This document shows, one piece after another, positions 18,901 to 25,575 of a stretch of 64,000 nucleotides of DNA. The position numbers were made by a program, and so were the translations under genes. This stretch comes from an uncultured bacterium. Lineage in GTDB: Bacteria > Patescibacteriota > Minisyncoccia > UBA6257 > 2-01-FULL-56-20. The notes under the pieces were generated by a model that was given only the letters and a program-made list of their open reading frames with translations, did not search any database and was not told the origin of the DNA. Every line of letters starts with the position of its first letter. Positions within the stretch are counted from its first letter, which is position 1. The stretch is from assembly GCA_963705915.1 (NCBI GenBank), contig OY970126.1, positions 168,306 through 232,305 of the forward strand, read 5' to 3'.

Positions 18901-20291
18901 AGAATGAAGTAATCTACGTCGGCTCCGGCGAGCCGGCGCCAGTCACCCGAACCACGCCGCCGCAAATTTCAGAGATTACGGCAACAACTACGCCGTTCAA
19001 TGCGATCGTGAATTTCGTGACCGACGAACCGGCGCTCGGTTTTGTGGAATACGGGTCGAGCACGGATTACACCTCTGCCTCGGCCGACGGAGCGTTCAAT
19101 AAAATACATAGCATCACGATACAAGGTCTCATTATGGGAACGACGTATCATTTTGACGTGAAGGCAATCGACCAATTTGGCAATACGGCGACATCGTCTG
19201 ATATGACATTCACGACGCAATATCTTACCGAGGCCACCTTGCCGGCGTCGACGACCTTTGCAAACGCGTACGAATTTCAGCAGGAAATCGAAAACAGCAT
19301 CGCGTCTGCTTTGCCGAGTCTCGTGCCGCCGTTCTTGGGTACGCCTATCGTTTCTGATATTGGAGAAAATGGCGCAACGGTCACGTGGACTACTAACATC
19401 AAGTCATATTCTGTGGTGTACTACGCGACCGATGTAGATTACAACGCAACTTCCTCAAATGGTAATCCATATACGGCGCAGACTTCAGATGTAAACAATA
19501 AGTCGACCGACCACTCGATTGCGCTCACCGGGCTTGCGCCGAATACGCTGTATCACATTATGGCGGAATCATTCAGCCTTCCGGGCGTATTCGGCAAGAG
19601 CGCTGACATCACCTTTACAACCGCAGCTGCGAAAGTAGTGCCGCAGATTTCCAATATCACGCCGACAGGCTTCCAGGTTTCATGGACGACCGACCCGCTT
19701 ACCAATTCAATCGTTGAGTACACGGATTCGAAGACTGGTCTTACGCAGACAATTACCGACGACTCGCTCGTCACCGTACATAGTGTGACCGTGCAGAACC
19801 TCACGCCTGGAACGAATTATGCTGTAAATGTTTCGGGTGACACTGCAGGCGGCAATGTCGTTGCCGCTGCAAGCCCGATTGCCGTAAAGACCACGCGGGA
19901 TACCACGCCGCCGGTCATTTCAAACATCAAGATCCAGACGATCATTGACCCTCAAACACCGACGGTCGCGCAGGCGATCGTGGGTTGGGACACCGACAAA
20001 CCGGCGAATTCCGTGATAAACTATGACCAAGGCGTTGGCGGGGTGACGTCAACGTTCTCCCATAGTATCCAGGACCTCACAAGTTTCGTCACGGCTCACG
20101 TGGTCATCATCCCGAACCTGGCTCCCGGGTCGGTCTATCGCGTTCAGATCGTTTCGACCGATGAGGCCTCAAATACCACGAGCTATCCGCCGCAAACCAT
20201 CATTGTTTCACAGCAGTCCCAGTCCATCCTCGACGTCATTCTCAACAACTTCGAAAATACATTCCAATTCTTGCAGAATATACAGAAATAA
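12903..20291 (+). CDS. Giant secreted surface protein: signal peptide, Gly-rich low-complexity head, about 18 tandem Fn3-like (purple-acid-phosphatase-N-like) repeats
   Basis: A 2462-aa uninterrupted ORF. N-terminal signal peptide (…LLCNILNVAQA). Residues about 150-350 are GGxG-rich. Repeats of about 95 aa carry the consensus W.TD...S.V.YG......H.V.L.GL.P.TTYY(F/Y)Y.V.S.D..GN in two alternating subtypes. Confidence 0.85.
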   Translation: MSVRNYASAVTATLLASVLLCNILNVAQATTYTFTQNNWTGGATSNTALHPGNENGWTQYQSSTGIAVSSTIQLGTTSASIYQTSNTDFNAGTFASTTVTGSGAAASVVLATGSSVVTTTSYAYTGATSTFIVPGGVTSITIHAVGAGGGISGSFNAGSGGSSTGTLSVTPGATYYFVVGGTGASGSNTEAGGFGGGGTGYYGGGGGGMTWFGAANIFGTTTSTSQVIIVAGGGGGGSSCPGGTGGGSSGSTASMTGCTSDSGGTGAGGGTQSAGGVGAYANYTQYSGASGTFGHGGNGWYVNATNFGGAGGGGGYFGGGGGSTDQYAWNTGGGGGSGFVSSTLSAATTTQGTGAPYQTNGSLSISYSQVTYVSSGTFTSAPLNASNQNWNTISWDNSGGQTITMKARSANNASMTGALPWTSCSAIVSGGSLTGGGCVNNGDAYIQYQATLSTSNNAQSPSLDDVTIAYTGVSTSGNLVSSPYDSGSSGNAIGSLAWTEGAIPASTTATISLRTASTSALLVSSPWTNLTDNTANCTNVSGTVTCSNAALPSSMQSGSANEWFQYEVALTTSNASTPTISSVVVQYVVNSPPQFNPAIGGGTGVAASELNGTSSSAGWVQFQFSALDSDANTDGSYGGHATSTVTPSYQYSLNGGATWNPMNTFITPNATSDITMATGTWSPTSTIIWNAKADVGSQYVTNAEISVTLNDHQPANNTATATSAAFALDTQAPVVNSLTMDASAQTISFNFSDNSNFYYRVSGSPFTTSTPTSSLPFVNVGGTATTTSGFPLVFASTSTPVVYTELEDVYGNDLYQISNGPVVPTGFAVKDVSNKQAGKYQAYLSWSTSTIPNFKQYDVFRSTGGSFSSIATVTPSSTTSYVDTGLSSTTVYYYKIRVEDTNGNISAFTPQVFITPTGNGGGPAISSVASNPSDTSAVVTWNTNILPQASYVYWSLSPVMAAPVSIVAAVATSGPPFVNTATLTNLVPADTYYFYVQSTDAQGDTTIDNNNGLYYSFQATNSHPPVISNIQLTPSQNSADIRWQTDKPTNSAVYYGTAAGSETNSVSSTMSLTTTPEVLLNNLQASTTYYYYLYSSDSLNHVATTSESYFVTSQFGPVISGVTTTKIGSTSATITWSTSKVANSNVYYSTSTNASSFTGIQLSDASTTHAVPITGLAPLATYYYYVQAVDSYGNVTTDKNGGAYYSFTTAADTVPPVISNITTPTLGQTVATVAWNTDKAATSRVLYGTTSGVYTASTTLDPTLVTSHAVSLTGLAAATKYYFVAASVDQYGNSATSTEQSFTTLTLPGPEITAVEAVNTNDFGATITWTTDTNSDSHVYYSTATSSFTFSSGSSNFVGGSAPYAHSVTIANLAPGTTYYFYVQSTDLNNNTTINKNGGAYYAFATTNTANPTVTDIQATSITSSSALIGWTTDKQANSQVLYGLTSGNYASSTSVYDNAPRVTNHNVALSGLAPDTIYYYVVTSVDSAGNTAQSSENSFTTVAPAGPQISSVTVASASDYNATITWTTNTDSDSHVYYANSTSSFSLSSGSGNLVGGVAPYEHSVTVTNLTPSTTYYFYVQSVDAYNNASIDKNDGAYYSFVSTNVAQPVLSNVSVVVQDQYSAGITWSTDKLSNSQVFYGTSTGMYTASTSITDLGLVTSPHSLAITGLVPATTYYFMAQSVDAGGNVGTSSEHTFRTLSLLGPTITNVSTTPFDVTANVSWDTDVDADSFVFYGTSTQALASSTGSSLFIGGSAPFYHEVTLSGLAPQTTYYFYVQSTDASGNIASTQANGLQAFTTSAPVFSNVTSTYIGDTEAIINWQTTMDSDSFVEYFQPLGSGSSIVGVGTSTLVGGSAPFQHSVEIDGLNPGTTYDYYLESDDASGNVHVDNNFNTYYTFTTTDHRPPAISDVSVPIVNASSAIIVWSTDRPATSQVNYGLASGVYTSSTDQDPTLSEYHAVTISGLAASTTYYFQAVSDSSVGSEGISGDDSFSTLSTGENEVIYVGSGEPAPVTRTTPPQISEITATTTPFNAIVNFVTDEPALGFVEYGSSTDYTSASADGAFNKIHSITIQGLIMGTTYHFDVKAIDQFGNTATSSDMTFTTQYLTEATLPASTTFANAYEFQQEIENSIASALPSLVPPFLGTPIVSDIGENGATVTWTTNIKSYSVVYYATDVDYNATSSNGNPYTAQTSDVNNKSTDHSIALTGLAPNTLYHIMAESFSLPGVFGKSADITFTTAAAKVVPQISNITPTGFQVSWTTDPLTNSIVEYTDSKTGLTQTITDDSLVTVHSVTVQNLTPGTNYAVNVSGDTAGGNVVAAASPIAVKTTRDTTPPVISNIKIQTIIDPQTPTVAQAIVGWDTDKPANSVINYDQGVGGVTSTFSHSIQDLTSFVTAHVVIIPNLAPGSVYRVQIVSTDEASNTTSYPPQTIIVSQQSQSILDVILNNFENTFQFLQNIQK

Positions 20292-20734
20292 TGGCCGATG
20301 AAAAAAAGATCAAAGTACTGCTGGTAGACGACGAAGAGATCATTCGTATTTATTTTCACGACATCTTTTGGATTTACGGTTTCGAAAATCGCTGCGACCT
20401 TGCCATGGCGGTCAATTTGGATGACGCGGAAAAAATAGTAGCCGACCCAGAGACGCGGCCGGATGTCATTTTCCTGGACCTCACGCTACCGAAGAAAGTC
20501 GACGAACGGACGCTGATTGATCCAGAATTCAGCTTTCAGTTCCTTGAAAAGATAAAAAAAGATCCGGAGACGAAGCGTATCAAGGTGGTAATTTTTTCGG
20601 GGCACGCCGACAAGGAATTTCAAGATGAGGCGAAGGCCAAGGGCGCAGACGGTTACGTTCACAAAGAACAAAGCTTGCCAAAAGATTTGGTCGACGCCAT
20701 CAATAATGTTCTTGGCAGTATGCTGCATTCATGA
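20291..20734 (+). CDS. Stand-alone response-regulator receiver (CheY-like) domain protein
   Basis: KVLLVDDEEIIR..., a phospho-acceptor-like DVIFLDLTLP and a late conserved K. The start ATG overlaps the giant gene's stop (TAATG). Confidence 0.7.
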   Translation: MADEKKIKVLLVDDEEIIRIYFHDIFWIYGFENRCDLAMAVNLDDAEKIVADPETRPDVIFLDLTLPKKVDERTLIDPEFSFQFLEKIKKDPETKRIKVVIFSGHADKEFQDEAKAKGADGYVHKEQSLPKDLVDAINNVLGSMLHS

Positions 20735-22044
20735 GTGAGCCTATCATCAAGCTCGATCACGTGAATTTTTGGTATGACCGGGGGAAGCCTTCGGAGTACC
20801 AGGCGCTCAAAGACGTTTCGTGCGAAATCTATCCGGGAGAGTACGCGGCCTTTTTTGGTTCTTCCGGATCGGGCAAGACGACGCTCCTGTATCTCATTTC
20901 TGGGATTGAGCAGGGACAGGAAGGAAAAATCATCATCAACGGCCGCGATATATCTTCGTTCACGAAACAAGAACTTGCCATCTATCGGCAGATTGGTGTG
21001 GGCATGGTTTTTCAACAGTTCAATCTCATTCCGTCGCTGTCCGTTATCCAGAACGTGATGCTGCCGATGTCGTTTCTTGGAGCATCACAGGAGCGGGCAC
21101 GCCGGGAGGCGATGGGACTTCTCAAGCGCGTTGCGATTGACAATCTTGCCGACCGTTACCCCGACGAGCTTTCTGGCGGGCAACAGCAACGGGTTGGCAT
21201 CGTTCGGGCACTTGCGAACAACCCGCCGATCATCATCGCTGACGAGCCGCTGGGGAACCTCGATTCGGCAAACGCCGATATGGTCCTCCAGTTTTTGAAA
21301 GAGCTGAACCAAAAAGATGGGCGCACGGTGATCATGGTTACTCACGAAGCCTGGAGTCTCCGCGACGCGCGGAAACTTTTCTATATCAAAGACGGCGTGG
21401 TCACCAAAGAGGATGGTGTTGGTGAAGAGGCGATCAAGAGCGCAATCTCAAAAAACCTCTATGGGAAAATGTCACCGGAGCTTTCGCAAAATGAGGCGGC
21501 CGCCCGAGCTTTTTCGAACCTTTTCTTGCGAGGATATGCAGCGCAGGAACTTAAACGATTTGAATTTTTCCTCCATCAGCGGCTCGATGACAAAATCGAC
21601 GCGGATATATTTCGCAGTGTTCTCGATCGGCCCTGGCGTGACGGGGGGATGGGATTATGGAAGCAAAAAGCGGCAAAGGTGAGCGGTATCATTGAAGACG
21701 TGATCGCGGAAAAGCGCACCGTGGGAGACATCTATACCGAACTTGAGACGCATCGCGAAGCGCCGCTCCATGACGACATTGAGAAGTTGAGGACGTGGCT
21801 TATCCAAGACTACAAAGGAAAGCTGACCGATATCCAGAATATGCAACTCGCTCAGGTAATCAACGAACGGATTCGCGGCGTTATCACGCCCGATCATTTC
21901 ACCGAAATTTTAAACTTGCCTCGCAGTAAGTCGGGGCTCGGATTCACCATTCGCACCGCTCACCGTATTGCCGAGAAATTAGAGTTTATCCTTAAAGAAG
22001 GGCACGCGGATCTTCCGTCATTTGCGCCGCAGGCGGTAAAATAA
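20731..22044 (+). CDS. ABC transporter ATP-binding protein (MacB/FtsE-type) with a 210-aa C-terminal extension of unknown function
   Basis: Walker A GSSGSGKTTLL, signature LSGGQQQRVGIVRAL and Walker B IIIADEPLGNLD, within about 225 aa. The remaining about 210 aa are helical with no known motifs. ATGA start/stop overlap with the receiver gene. Confidence 0.8.
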   Translation: MSEPIIKLDHVNFWYDRGKPSEYQALKDVSCEIYPGEYAAFFGSSGSGKTTLLYLISGIEQGQEGKIIINGRDISSFTKQELAIYRQIGVGMVFQQFNLIPSLSVIQNVMLPMSFLGASQERARREAMGLLKRVAIDNLADRYPDELSGGQQQRVGIVRALANNPPIIIADEPLGNLDSANADMVLQFLKELNQKDGRTVIMVTHEAWSLRDARKLFYIKDGVVTKEDGVGEEAIKSAISKNLYGKMSPELSQNEAAARAFSNLFLRGYAAQELKRFEFFLHQRLDDKIDADIFRSVLDRPWRDGGMGLWKQKAAKVSGIIEDVIAEKRTVGDIYTELETHREAPLHDDIEKLRTWLIQDYKGKLTDIQNMQLAQVINERIRGVITPDHFTEILNLPRSKSGLGFTIRTAHRIAEKLEFILKEGHADLPSFAPQAVK

Positions 22045-22049
22045 AAACT

Positions 22050-23273
22050 ATGGACCCAAAAAATATTGTTCCACATCAGCTCGGCATGGGCGATCTCGTG
22101 CGCCTTTCGGTCCGCAGTTTTTCCGCGAAGCCCTTGCGGACAATTCTTACCATATTCGGCACATCGGTTGGCATTGCGACGGTGGTCGTCCTTGTCTCTT
22201 TGGGATACGGATTGCAGAACATTTTACTTGGCAAATTGATTACAACGCCGCAGTCGCTTGTCACGTGTTGCGCCTCGTACCCGTCGGATAGTAATCTTGT
22301 TATCGATCAGGCAAAAGTTGCCCAAGTCTCGCAACTGCAGGACGTTCAGACGGTGAGTCCGGTCGCTGAATTTTCCGGTGCCGTGCAAGTTCCCGGTGGC
22401 ACGTCGGGGCTTGTGCTTGTCGATATAGCCGACCCGAACTATTTTACGCTTTCCGGAGCACTGCCTGATATCGGCCAAGGATTTGGGCCATCGGGCGGCG
22501 TTGTCATATCAAGCCAGGCGCTTAAGCTCCTCAATTTATCTTCAACGGCGGCCACGCTCGGCAAGCAGGTGTTCGTGACCGCGTTTTATCCGGGAGATAA
22601 TGGCGGTGCGGCGTATGACGTGACCACGACAAGCAATCTTCCCATCACGGGCATCGTGGTTGACAACGCACTTTCACCGACCGTTATCGTTTCAAATAAC
22701 GCATTGCCGGTGACACCGCCGTTCTACAAAGAGGTTTACGTGGAGGCAAAAAATGATGCAGCATTCGCGGATTTGCGCAGCACACTCGTCAGCCAGGGGT
22801 TTATCATCTCGGCGCATATCGATCTCGTGCGGCAGGCCGAGCAGGTGACTAACATCATCACGATCATCCTCGGCGTGTTTGGCGTTGCTGCGCTTATCGT
22901 CTCTGCCATAGGCATGTTCAATACGATGATCGTCGGCTTCCTTGAACGCACCTATGAAGTTGGCGTCATGAAAGCGCTCGGTGCGACCGACAGCGACGTT
23001 CGCAAGCTTTTCCTCACCGAAGCGCTCGTGATGGGACTCGCGGGGGGCATTGTGGGGATTATCTTCGGCGTCGGCCTCGGCCAGATCTTTAACCTTGTCG
23101 TGAGCGCGGTCGCCGAACACTATGGCGGCGTGGCATTCACATTGTTCGTCTCGCCAGTCTGGTTTATACTCCTCGTGGTCGGCGTCTCGGCTGTTATCGG
23201 TCTCGCCGCCGGCTTCATTCCTGCGCGCCGCGCAAGTTCGCTTTCACCGAAAGAGGCGTTTGTAAGGAAATAG
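22050..23273 (+). CDS. ABC transporter permease, FtsX/MacB type (transmembrane helix, periplasmic domain, four-helix FtsX domain)
   Basis: N-terminal transmembrane segment, an extracytoplasmic domain of about 220 aa, and a C-terminal FtsX domain (MKALGATDSDVRKLFLTEALVMG...). Six-base gap after the ABC ATPase. Confidence 0.8.
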   Translation: MDPKNIVPHQLGMGDLVRLSVRSFSAKPLRTILTIFGTSVGIATVVVLVSLGYGLQNILLGKLITTPQSLVTCCASYPSDSNLVIDQAKVAQVSQLQDVQTVSPVAEFSGAVQVPGGTSGLVLVDIADPNYFTLSGALPDIGQGFGPSGGVVISSQALKLLNLSSTAATLGKQVFVTAFYPGDNGGAAYDVTTTSNLPITGIVVDNALSPTVIVSNNALPVTPPFYKEVYVEAKNDAAFADLRSTLVSQGFIISAHIDLVRQAEQVTNIITIILGVFGVAALIVSAIGMFNTMIVGFLERTYEVGVMKALGATDSDVRKLFLTEALVMGLAGGIVGIIFGVGLGQIFNLVVSAVAEHYGGVAFTLFVSPVWFILLVVGVSAVIGLAAGFIPARRASSLSPKEAFVRK

Positions 23274-23302
23274 GTTTATCACTCCCGTAGTATGTACAGC
23301 TC

Positions 23303-24262
23303 ATGAAGTACGATATTTATTTTCATAATGATTTTGATGGCCGAGCATGCGCCGCCGTCGTGCTCGCCTTTTTGCGCAGCCGCGGTGATGACATCGAGCA
23401 CTTCACCCCCGTCGATTTCGATCTTGAAGAACAGTGGCTCCAGGATGATTTCTTTGAAAAACACCGGCTCTTCAAAGGCAAACGCAATCCGGCAATCGTG
23501 GTCGATTTTTTATATCATCCGAAAGCTGCGTTTTGGTTTGATCATCATCCGACAAGCATTAAGCGGGTTGATTGGCGGAAGAAATTCAGACGAAGTAAAT
23601 ATTTTAATTGGGATTCGGATTATCCGTCGTGTTGCCATTGGGTTTATGATGCACTTCGAAGAAATTTTGGATGGAAACCGCCTGCGCGCCTTAAAAATTT
23701 AGCGGAATGGCTCGATGTGATTGATGGCGCACGATATACGTCGGCCAAGCAAGCGATCGAAATGAAGGAGCCGGCACTCAAAATGGAAGGCTTCATGGAA
23801 AAAACATTCGAAGATCGCACTTTGATTGTCCCCGTAATTACCATGCTTGCCGAAATGACATTTCCTGAAATGGTTCGCGTACCTTTTGTAAAAAAGGGGA
23901 TCGCCGCTTACGAAAAAGAACAACGGCAGAGCATGGCTTTCTATAGAAAGAATCTTCGCGTCATCGGTAAGGTTGGATTTATCGATCTCACCAACACAAC
24001 ATGTAAACGATTACTTTATGCTCCATTTTATCTCCGCCCTCACATTCGCTATGGGATGCGTTTTACCCGCAAAGGCGCATGGTTTCATGTGAGTGCAGGG
24101 GAGAACCCTTGGAAGCCAACGCATAAATTACAATTTGGCGATATCATGAAGCGCTATGGCGGCGGTGGCCACGAAACCGTTGGCGGGGTGGAATTTTATA
24201 ATCAGGCAAAGGCAGAAAAGGCAGTGAAAGAAATCATCCAACTTCTTAATGCCGAAGGGTAA
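23303..24262 (+). CDS. DHH/DHHA1-family phosphoesterase (NrnA-like)
   Basis: Motif I FHNDFDG, motif III FDHHPT and the DHHA1 GGGGHETVGG motif. Confidence 0.55.
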   Translation: MKYDIYFHNDFDGRACAAVVLAFLRSRGDDIEHFTPVDFDLEEQWLQDDFFEKHRLFKGKRNPAIVVDFLYHPKAAFWFDHHPTSIKRVDWRKKFRRSKYFNWDSDYPSCCHWVYDALRRNFGWKPPARLKNLAEWLDVIDGARYTSAKQAIEMKEPALKMEGFMEKTFEDRTLIVPVITMLAEMTFPEMVRVPFVKKGIAAYEKEQRQSMAFYRKNLRVIGKVGFIDLTNTTCKRLLYAPFYLRPHIRYGMRFTRKGAWFHVSAGENPWKPTHKLQFGDIMKRYGGGGHETVGGVEFYNQAKAEKAVKEIIQLLNAEG

Positions 24263-24866
24263 GAAAAAATACTACGCCTACCTCATTCCGCGCACCGGCA
24301 AGTCTGGTGTGACTTCGGATTGGAAAAAATGCGAAGCGATGGTGAAAGGCGTGACCGGGGCACGGTACCGGAGCTTTGATACCAAAGACGAGGCCGAGGC
24401 GTGGCTTGAAGGTGGCGCGACATACCAAGCAAAGCAACGGCCAAAACTCGAACGCGGTATTTATTTTGATGCCGGCACTGGACGCGGCAAAGGCGTTGAA
24501 ATCAGCGTGACCGATGAAAAAGGAAAAAATTTACTCCATAAAGCGATATCAAGCAAAGAACTCAACCAATTCGGAAAGCATTTGGTTGGGAGCGATTTGG
24601 CAACCAATAACTACGGGGAGCTTCTTGCACTAAAATACGCACTCGGTATCGCTCGCACAAGCAAAACCAAAAAAATATTTGGCGATAGCAAACTCGTGAT
24701 TGATTTTTGGTCGCAGTGGCGTATCAAGCGCAATCGGCTTCCGGAAGAAACCGTTGAGCTCGCCGATGCAGTTTCCATGCTGCGCGAAGAATTTGAAAAA
24801 AATGGAGGGATCATCGAGCGTATCTCGGGTGATTTTAATCCGGCCGATTTGGGGTTCCATCGATAG
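24249..24866 (+). CDS. rnhA: Ribonuclease HI with an N-terminal hybrid-binding (Cauli_VI/HBD) domain
   Basis: N-terminus KKYYAY...GVTSDWKKCEAMVKGVTGARYRSFDTKDEAEAWL is an RNase H1 HBD. The catalytic core carries YFDAG, TNNYGELLAL, FGDSKLVI and GDFNPAD (DEDD-like). It overlaps the DHH gene by 14 nt. Confidence 0.65.
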   Translation: MPKGKKKYYAYLIPRTGKSGVTSDWKKCEAMVKGVTGARYRSFDTKDEAEAWLEGGATYQAKQRPKLERGIYFDAGTGRGKGVEISVTDEKGKNLLHKAISSKELNQFGKHLVGSDLATNNYGELLALKYALGIARTSKTKKIFGDSKLVIDFWSQWRIKRNRLPEETVELADAVSMLREEFEKNGGIIERISGDFNPADLGFHR

Positions 24867-24877
24867 CAAAGCAAATG

Positions 24878-24910
24878 AAAAGCCAGTGCGGGCAGGGCAC
24901 TGGCTTTGAT
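24878..24910 (+). terminator. Rho-independent terminator after rnhA
   Basis: GCCAGTGC-GGGCAGG-GCACTGGC hairpin (8 bp) followed by TTTGAT. Confidence 0.5.
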
Positions 24911-25153
24911 ATCCTGGGGGAGGCTATTTTTTCTTGCGCTCGGGGCGTTCGGTGGGCTTTGTTTGCCGCGGAGATTTGGAAGGTGATCGGGGGCGGTGAT
25001 GCGGATCCTCTGCCTTTTCGGCAAAGGCATTTCCTTGGTCGTGCAGAAAGGTGGAATTTCCCATCGGACTCCTCGCGTAAAAGAAGTGAAAGCAACTATT
25101 TTTTATACTAATCTAAGCACGCTATGCGTCAATAGACTTTTTCCACAGCACCC

Positions 25154-25182
25154 TTCCGCTTTCCCCTTAAGTGTGGTATGAT
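25154..25182 (+). promoter_or_regulatory. Putative promoter of RNase P RNA (extended -10 TGgTATGAT)
   Basis: TGGTATGAT at 25174-25182, about 8 nt before the predicted P1 helix; the -35 is weak. Confidence 0.35.
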
Positions 25183-25187
25183 ACTTT

Positions 25188-25538
25188 CGGCAATCCAGAC
25201 GATCGCTCTCCGGCTGCGCAAGCGGCTCGGAGGGAGGAAAATCCGGACACCATCATCGCGCAAGTGATTGATAAACGTACGAGCTAACCGCTCGCTGCCG
25301 TAAGGCAAGAGATGCGATCAGTGACGTCTGCGGTTGAAAAGCTGCAGAGAGCCCTATCCCAAGCTTGATGGCTCAATTCCGCCATAGGGACAACAAAGCG
25401 GAAATGAAACGGCAAAATTCTTACGGGGTGCAAGACCGCGCTCTCGTGCAAACGAGAGAGTGTCGCTCGAGTCCGCGAGTGATCAAGGACCTAGATAAAT
25501 GATCGTCCTCGACAGAATCCGGTTTATGGATTGCCCAG
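25188..25538 (+). ncRNA. rnpB: RNase P RNA (bacterial type A-like)
   Basis: P4 strands GAGGAAAATCCGGAC (compare AGGAAAGUCCGGGC) and CGACAGAATCCGGTTTAT (compare ACAGAACCCGGCUUAU). P1 helix CAATCC (25191) pairs with GGATTG (25528). Lies in a 470-bp gap with no ORF. Confidence 0.7.
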
Positions 25539-25540
25539 CA

Positions 25541-25570
25541 AAAAGCTCCGCAGTGATGCGGGGCTTTTGT
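25541..25570 (+). terminator. Rho-independent terminator after rnpB
   Basis: GCTCCGCA-GTGA-TGCGGGGC hairpin followed by TTTTGTT. Confidence 0.5.
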
Positions 25571-25575
25571 TATGA

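Noticed and set aside
13366-19804. Dozens of 60-150-aa ORFs inside the giant gene (for example 14157-14597-, 14756-15130+ and 16579-16857+), many Arg/Pro-rich
   Set aside because: Typical alternate-frame read-through of GC-rich repetitive coding DNA. The 2462-aa frame is uninterrupted and carries coherent domain repeats.
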